This document shows positions 60,756 through 64,000 of a DNA stretch of 64,000 nucleotides, in pieces (position 1 is the first letter of the stretch; every line of letters begins with the position of its first letter). The notes below the pieces were generated by a model. The model saw only the letters and a program-made list of their open reading frames with translations, did not search any database and was not told the origin of the DNA. The stretch lies in contig JAKAMI010000001.1 of assembly GCA_021812945.1 (NCBI GenBank), positions 3,637 to 67,636 on the forward strand. Reading direction: 5' to 3'. The DNA is from a bacterium. Its GTDB lineage: Bacteria > Patescibacteriota > UBA1384 > XYA2-FULL-43-10 > JAKAMI01. The position numbers and the translations under genes are program-made.

Positions 60756-61757
60756 TTATTTCGTCTTGATAATCGCCTCAAACGACTCTCCGGCCGCTTT
60801 CAGATATCGTACCCAGATGTGATTATTTCTATTTTCATTGTCAGGCAACCTGTCAAACCATTCTGAGTTGGTAGTGACCGTCCTAATCACCACCGCTCGG
60901 AATAGATCCTTATCCTCCTTTGTTTTTATTTTTCGATCAACTAAATATTTTTGCCAATCTGGTAACCTCCATAAAAATAACCAGAGATAAGTAAGATCAC
61001 TCAGTCTATTGTCTAAACAAAAAAGCTCCAAGTCCGAAAACCTTACTCCAAAATTTTTGTCGATAATAATATTTGAAGGAAGAAGATCTCCGACACTAGC
61101 AGTCGTGTTGTCCTTCGACAAAAGTAGAGTTTTTATTCCAAAGAAAAATTCTACTTGGTTTGAAAGCGAAAATTGAAATTGACGCTCCAGATCAGTGACC
61201 GGATGATTTGTAACAGCTAACGGGAATCTTGGCTTGACTTGATTCCGGCTTAGACCGGCCAGTTCAATGAATTTGCCATCGATAAGTTGAAGACTATCGA
61301 GATAGTTTAATATCTGATCTAGTATCTTCTCTTTTGAATAAACAAATTTTTCTTGTACCAAATCGTGGTTAAAAAGAGCATTCAGATCTTTAAGTTTCCC
61401 TCTTGGATCAGCCAAACTCGAGCCATTATAGTATCTTCTAATAAGCCAAACGAATTCTCCGGCTTCGCCTTTTTGGATAACGTCAGTTTTTAAAATCTTA
61501 CTATCCGGATGTTTTGAGTTGAAACGGTCTAACATTCTGTCGACTGTAAACTCCTTATCAACCCTCTCCAAGATTTCTGGGTTTTTGTGATAGATTTTTA
61601 TTAAGGAAGGATCTCCCCGAAAAGTTCCCTTTATCAGAAGACGGCCTTTATCAGCTTCCTCTATTACAAACTCGGAAAAATTAAATCCTAGTTCATTCAA
61701 AATCTCTTGATAGTGTTGTTTGAGACCAATCATATATTTATAGTTAATTCTTGCCAA
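60756..61757 (-). CDS. APH/choline kinase-like phosphotransferase
   Basis: GDLLPSNII and FSDLE resemble Brenner and DxE motifs. Confidence 0.55.
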   Translation of the reverse strand: MARINYKYMIGLKQHYQEILNELGFNFSEFVIEEADKGRLLIKGTFRGDPSLIKIYHKNPEILERVDKEFTVDRMLDRFNSKHPDSKILKTDVIQKGEAGEFVWLIRRYYNGSSLADPRGKLKDLNALFNHDLVQEKFVYSKEKILDQILNYLDSLQLIDGKFIELAGLSRNQVKPRFPLAVTNHPVTDLERQFQFSLSNQVEFFFGIKTLLLSKDNTTASVGDLLPSNIIIDKNFGVRFSDLELFCLDNRLSDLTYLWLFLWRLPDWQKYLVDRKIKTKEDKDLFRAVVIRTVTTNSEWFDRLPDNENRNNHIWVRYLKAAGESFEAIIKTK

Positions 61758-61770
61758 ATCTTGTTTTGAT

Positions 61771-62787
61771 TCAGTTGACCAGTTTTTCGTATACTTTTAG
61801 GTAATCATCCACCATCCGCTTCACCGAAAAATTATCTTCGACAAATTTACGGCAATCTTTACGACTGATTGTCTCGATTTTCTTTAAAGCTTCCTCTGCT
61901 CCTTCGATCGAATTATCAGTCAAAAATCCATTTACCCCATCTTTAACCAACTCAGGGAAAGCACCTCTCGGATTAACTATTACCGGAGTGCCGCAAGCGT
62001 TGGCCTCCGGCACTACCAATCCAAAAGGTTCCTCCCAGTTGATAAGTGACACCAAGGCTTTGGCACCTTTGAGTAATTTAAGCTTTTCGTCAAAACCCAC
62101 TTCACCCACATACACGATCTGTTCTCCATCGATTTCCGGTTTGACAAATTCTTCATAGTACTTTTCGTCTTCGATCCTTGCCGCGAGCAGTAATCGATGA
62201 TTTGTTCTTTTAGCCAAATCTATTGCTTCTTTGGCTCCTTTTACAGCGTCGAATCTTCCCAAGAAAAAGAGGTAGTCTTCGGACTTATCGTTAAAATCAT
62301 AATCATCGACAGGGATTCCATTGTAAACCGTTGCTGCATAATTCAGCGCCTCAAACCCGACTCTCTGATTATTTGAAATAGAAATTAGGTGAAAATTCTC
62401 GACTGATTGATATAAAACGGTCTTTTCTGGATTGGTTGGGACATGAAGCGTTGAAATGACCGGTTTGTTAGTTAATTTCGCTAGAAGTGTTCCAAGCGGA
62501 CCAAGATGGTCGTGGATCAGGTCATATTTGGCCGAATTTTTAGCTATTTTATACATCATCCTCAGCTGATCCGGCAAGGATGAGGTTTTACCTGTTTTTG
62601 ACCAACTACCTTTTTCGATGATTGGTATAAGATTGCCTGACGTTTCGGAGTCTGCAGTAGAGTACAAATCAACTTGATGGCCTCGCCTGACCAGTTCTTC
62701 CGTAAGATAGTAGATCACGAACTCCGATCCACCGTACTTGTCCGGAGGAACTTTGATGGCTAAAGGTGTAACCATAGCTATTTTCAT
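61771..62787 (-). CDS. Glycosyltransferase family 4
   Basis: VPP.KYGGSE, VYNGI, WEEPFGLVVPEANACGTPVI. Confidence 0.94.
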   Translation of the reverse strand: MKIAMVTPLAIKVPPDKYGGSEFVIYYLTEELVRRGHQVDLYSTADSETSGNLIPIIEKGSWSKTGKTSSLPDQLRMMYKIAKNSAKYDLIHDHLGPLGTLLAKLTNKPVISTLHVPTNPEKTVLYQSVENFHLISISNNQRVGFEALNYAATVYNGIPVDDYDFNDKSEDYLFFLGRFDAVKGAKEAIDLAKRTNHRLLLAARIEDEKYYEEFVKPEIDGEQIVYVGEVGFDEKLKLLKGAKALVSLINWEEPFGLVVPEANACGTPVIVNPRGAFPELVKDGVNGFLTDNSIEGAEEALKKIETISRKDCRKFVEDNFSVKRMVDDYLKVYEKLVN

Positions 62788-63842
62788 TTCAACCTCCTTA
62801 AAATATCTCCTAGCATATTTTCCTCACCGACAATGTGATGGCCTTTTTGGAAGTTGATCATTTCCTCTCTTTTTTCATAGAATAAAAGTTGTTCAATCGA
62901 TTTCAACACTTCTGCGATATCATCACTATAATAATGCATTTTACATAACCCGGCTTTTTCAAAAGGTTTAACTTCCCATGCGTGAGTATGAATTTTTTCT
63001 CCGGGTTTCATAACTGAGACGTTAGAAACAGCCGGAACCATTGAGGAAATTGCTTGTTCCAGAGTGCCCAATCCTTGGTGTTGAAAAACCAGGTCTGAAG
63101 ATGCCAAATACTCATAAAAAGTTTGACTATCAACATTCCCACCAGTTTTTACTACCCAAGGTTTTTTGGGTTCTTCTCCACTGAGATATATGACCTTGAT
63201 ATCCTTGTGCCGACTATGGAGCCTATCGAATATTTGAACAAAACGTTGAAAATAATCATCACGAAAAGTTACTCCGCTTCCAATGTAAGTAAAGATTAAC
63301 TTTTCTGATTGTAGGACTCCGAGTTTCTTTCTTATTTTTGTTTTCATACGATGACTTAGAGGTGAATATGAAGGTATGAGACCCACTGTAGTAATAATAT
63401 TTTTTATTTTATCCGGGATAATATAGGCGCCTCCCTTTTCAACTAGTCCATACATAAAAACATCTTTTGGGAAATTCAAATATATTCGATCCAACCAGTT
63501 AATAAATGGAAACCTTTCAGCTTGGTTAAACAACCAGTTCGAGTCAAGCGATACGCAGAATGGTTTTTTTTCGGGAGGAATATTTTGAAAATCAGGTTCC
63601 ACTCCAAACATTTTGGAGTTGCAAAATACTACCGCATCATACTTTTCCGAAGCGATATGTCTTTTTACATCAGTACCGTTTTTGAACATAACTTTAGAAC
63701 AACTCATCCTTTTCAAAAAGTGTAAGTTTTCTTCGAGAAGCAATCCAAAAGTGACTTTGTGGTGTGCTTTGATCATGTATTTACCCAAAGCCGCACCCTG
63801 GGATGTCTCCCCCGGACCCATGGTTATTACCAAGAATCTCAT
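62784..63842 (-). CDS. GT-B fold glycosyltransferase-like protein
   Basis: LASSDLVFQHQGLGTLEQAI resembles GT28 C-terminal motif; glycan cluster context. Confidence 0.55.
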   Translation of the reverse strand: MRFLVITMGPGETSQGAALGKYMIKAHHKVTFGLLLEENLHFLKRMSCSKVMFKNGTDVKRHIASEKYDAVVFCNSKMFGVEPDFQNIPPEKKPFCVSLDSNWLFNQAERFPFINWLDRIYLNFPKDVFMYGLVEKGGAYIIPDKIKNIITTVGLIPSYSPLSHRMKTKIRKKLGVLQSEKLIFTYIGSGVTFRDDYFQRFVQIFDRLHSRHKDIKVIYLSGEEPKKPWVVKTGGNVDSQTFYEYLASSDLVFQHQGLGTLEQAISSMVPAVSNVSVMKPGEKIHTHAWEVKPFEKAGLCKMHYYSDDIAEVLKSIEQLLFYEKREEMINFQKGHHIVGEENMLGDILRRLK

Positions 63843-63844
63843 TT

Positions 63845-64000
63845 TTAAACCTCGATTAATTGCGTGATATAATTCGCAAGCCTCCTGGCTCCTTGTCCGT
63901 CGACTATTTTGGCTTGAGCTCGTTTCATCTTATTCGTATTTTTTGGCTCTAAGACTTTATTTATTAAAGGTTTGATTTTACTCGACCAACCGGTTTGATT
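63845..64000 (-). CDS. 3' end of a GT28/SpsG-like protein (partial)
   Basis: Manual translation ...MKRAQAKIVDGQGARRLANYITQLIEV-stop. Confidence 0.55.
   Translation of the reverse strand, partial: NQTGWSSKIKPLINKVLEPKNTNKMKRAQAKIVDGQGARRLANYITQLIEV

Overview
Bacterial chromosome segment whose gene content and compact proteins point to Patescibacteria/CPR (inference). It carries rpoC (partial)-rpoB, obgE, a LysM-CHAP hydrolase, cdaR-cdaA, infB, gyrA-gyrB (with a 152-aa mini-intein), tmRNA, malic enzyme, glycan genes, a REP-associated tyrosine transposase (RAYT), a 3893-aa surface protein with TPR and ABC genes, tsaE-tsaB, RNase P RNA, ruvAB and glycosyltransferases. The most striking feature is the RNase P RNA gene (55447-56287): about 326 nt of recognisable A-type core is interrupted by three near-identical 167-174 bp hairpin elements, each placed in the loop of a variable helix (P3, P12, P19). 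The window also holds several families of short palindromic elements. They sit in intergenic spacers and gene leaders and lie in frame inside ObgE, GyrA, the giant protein and possibly RuvA, and one family flanks the RAYT gene. Other candidates are a structured leader and probable ATT/ATC start on the LysM-CHAP gene, and a leader-peptide attenuator. All calls come from reading the sequence by eye; no searches or folding were run.
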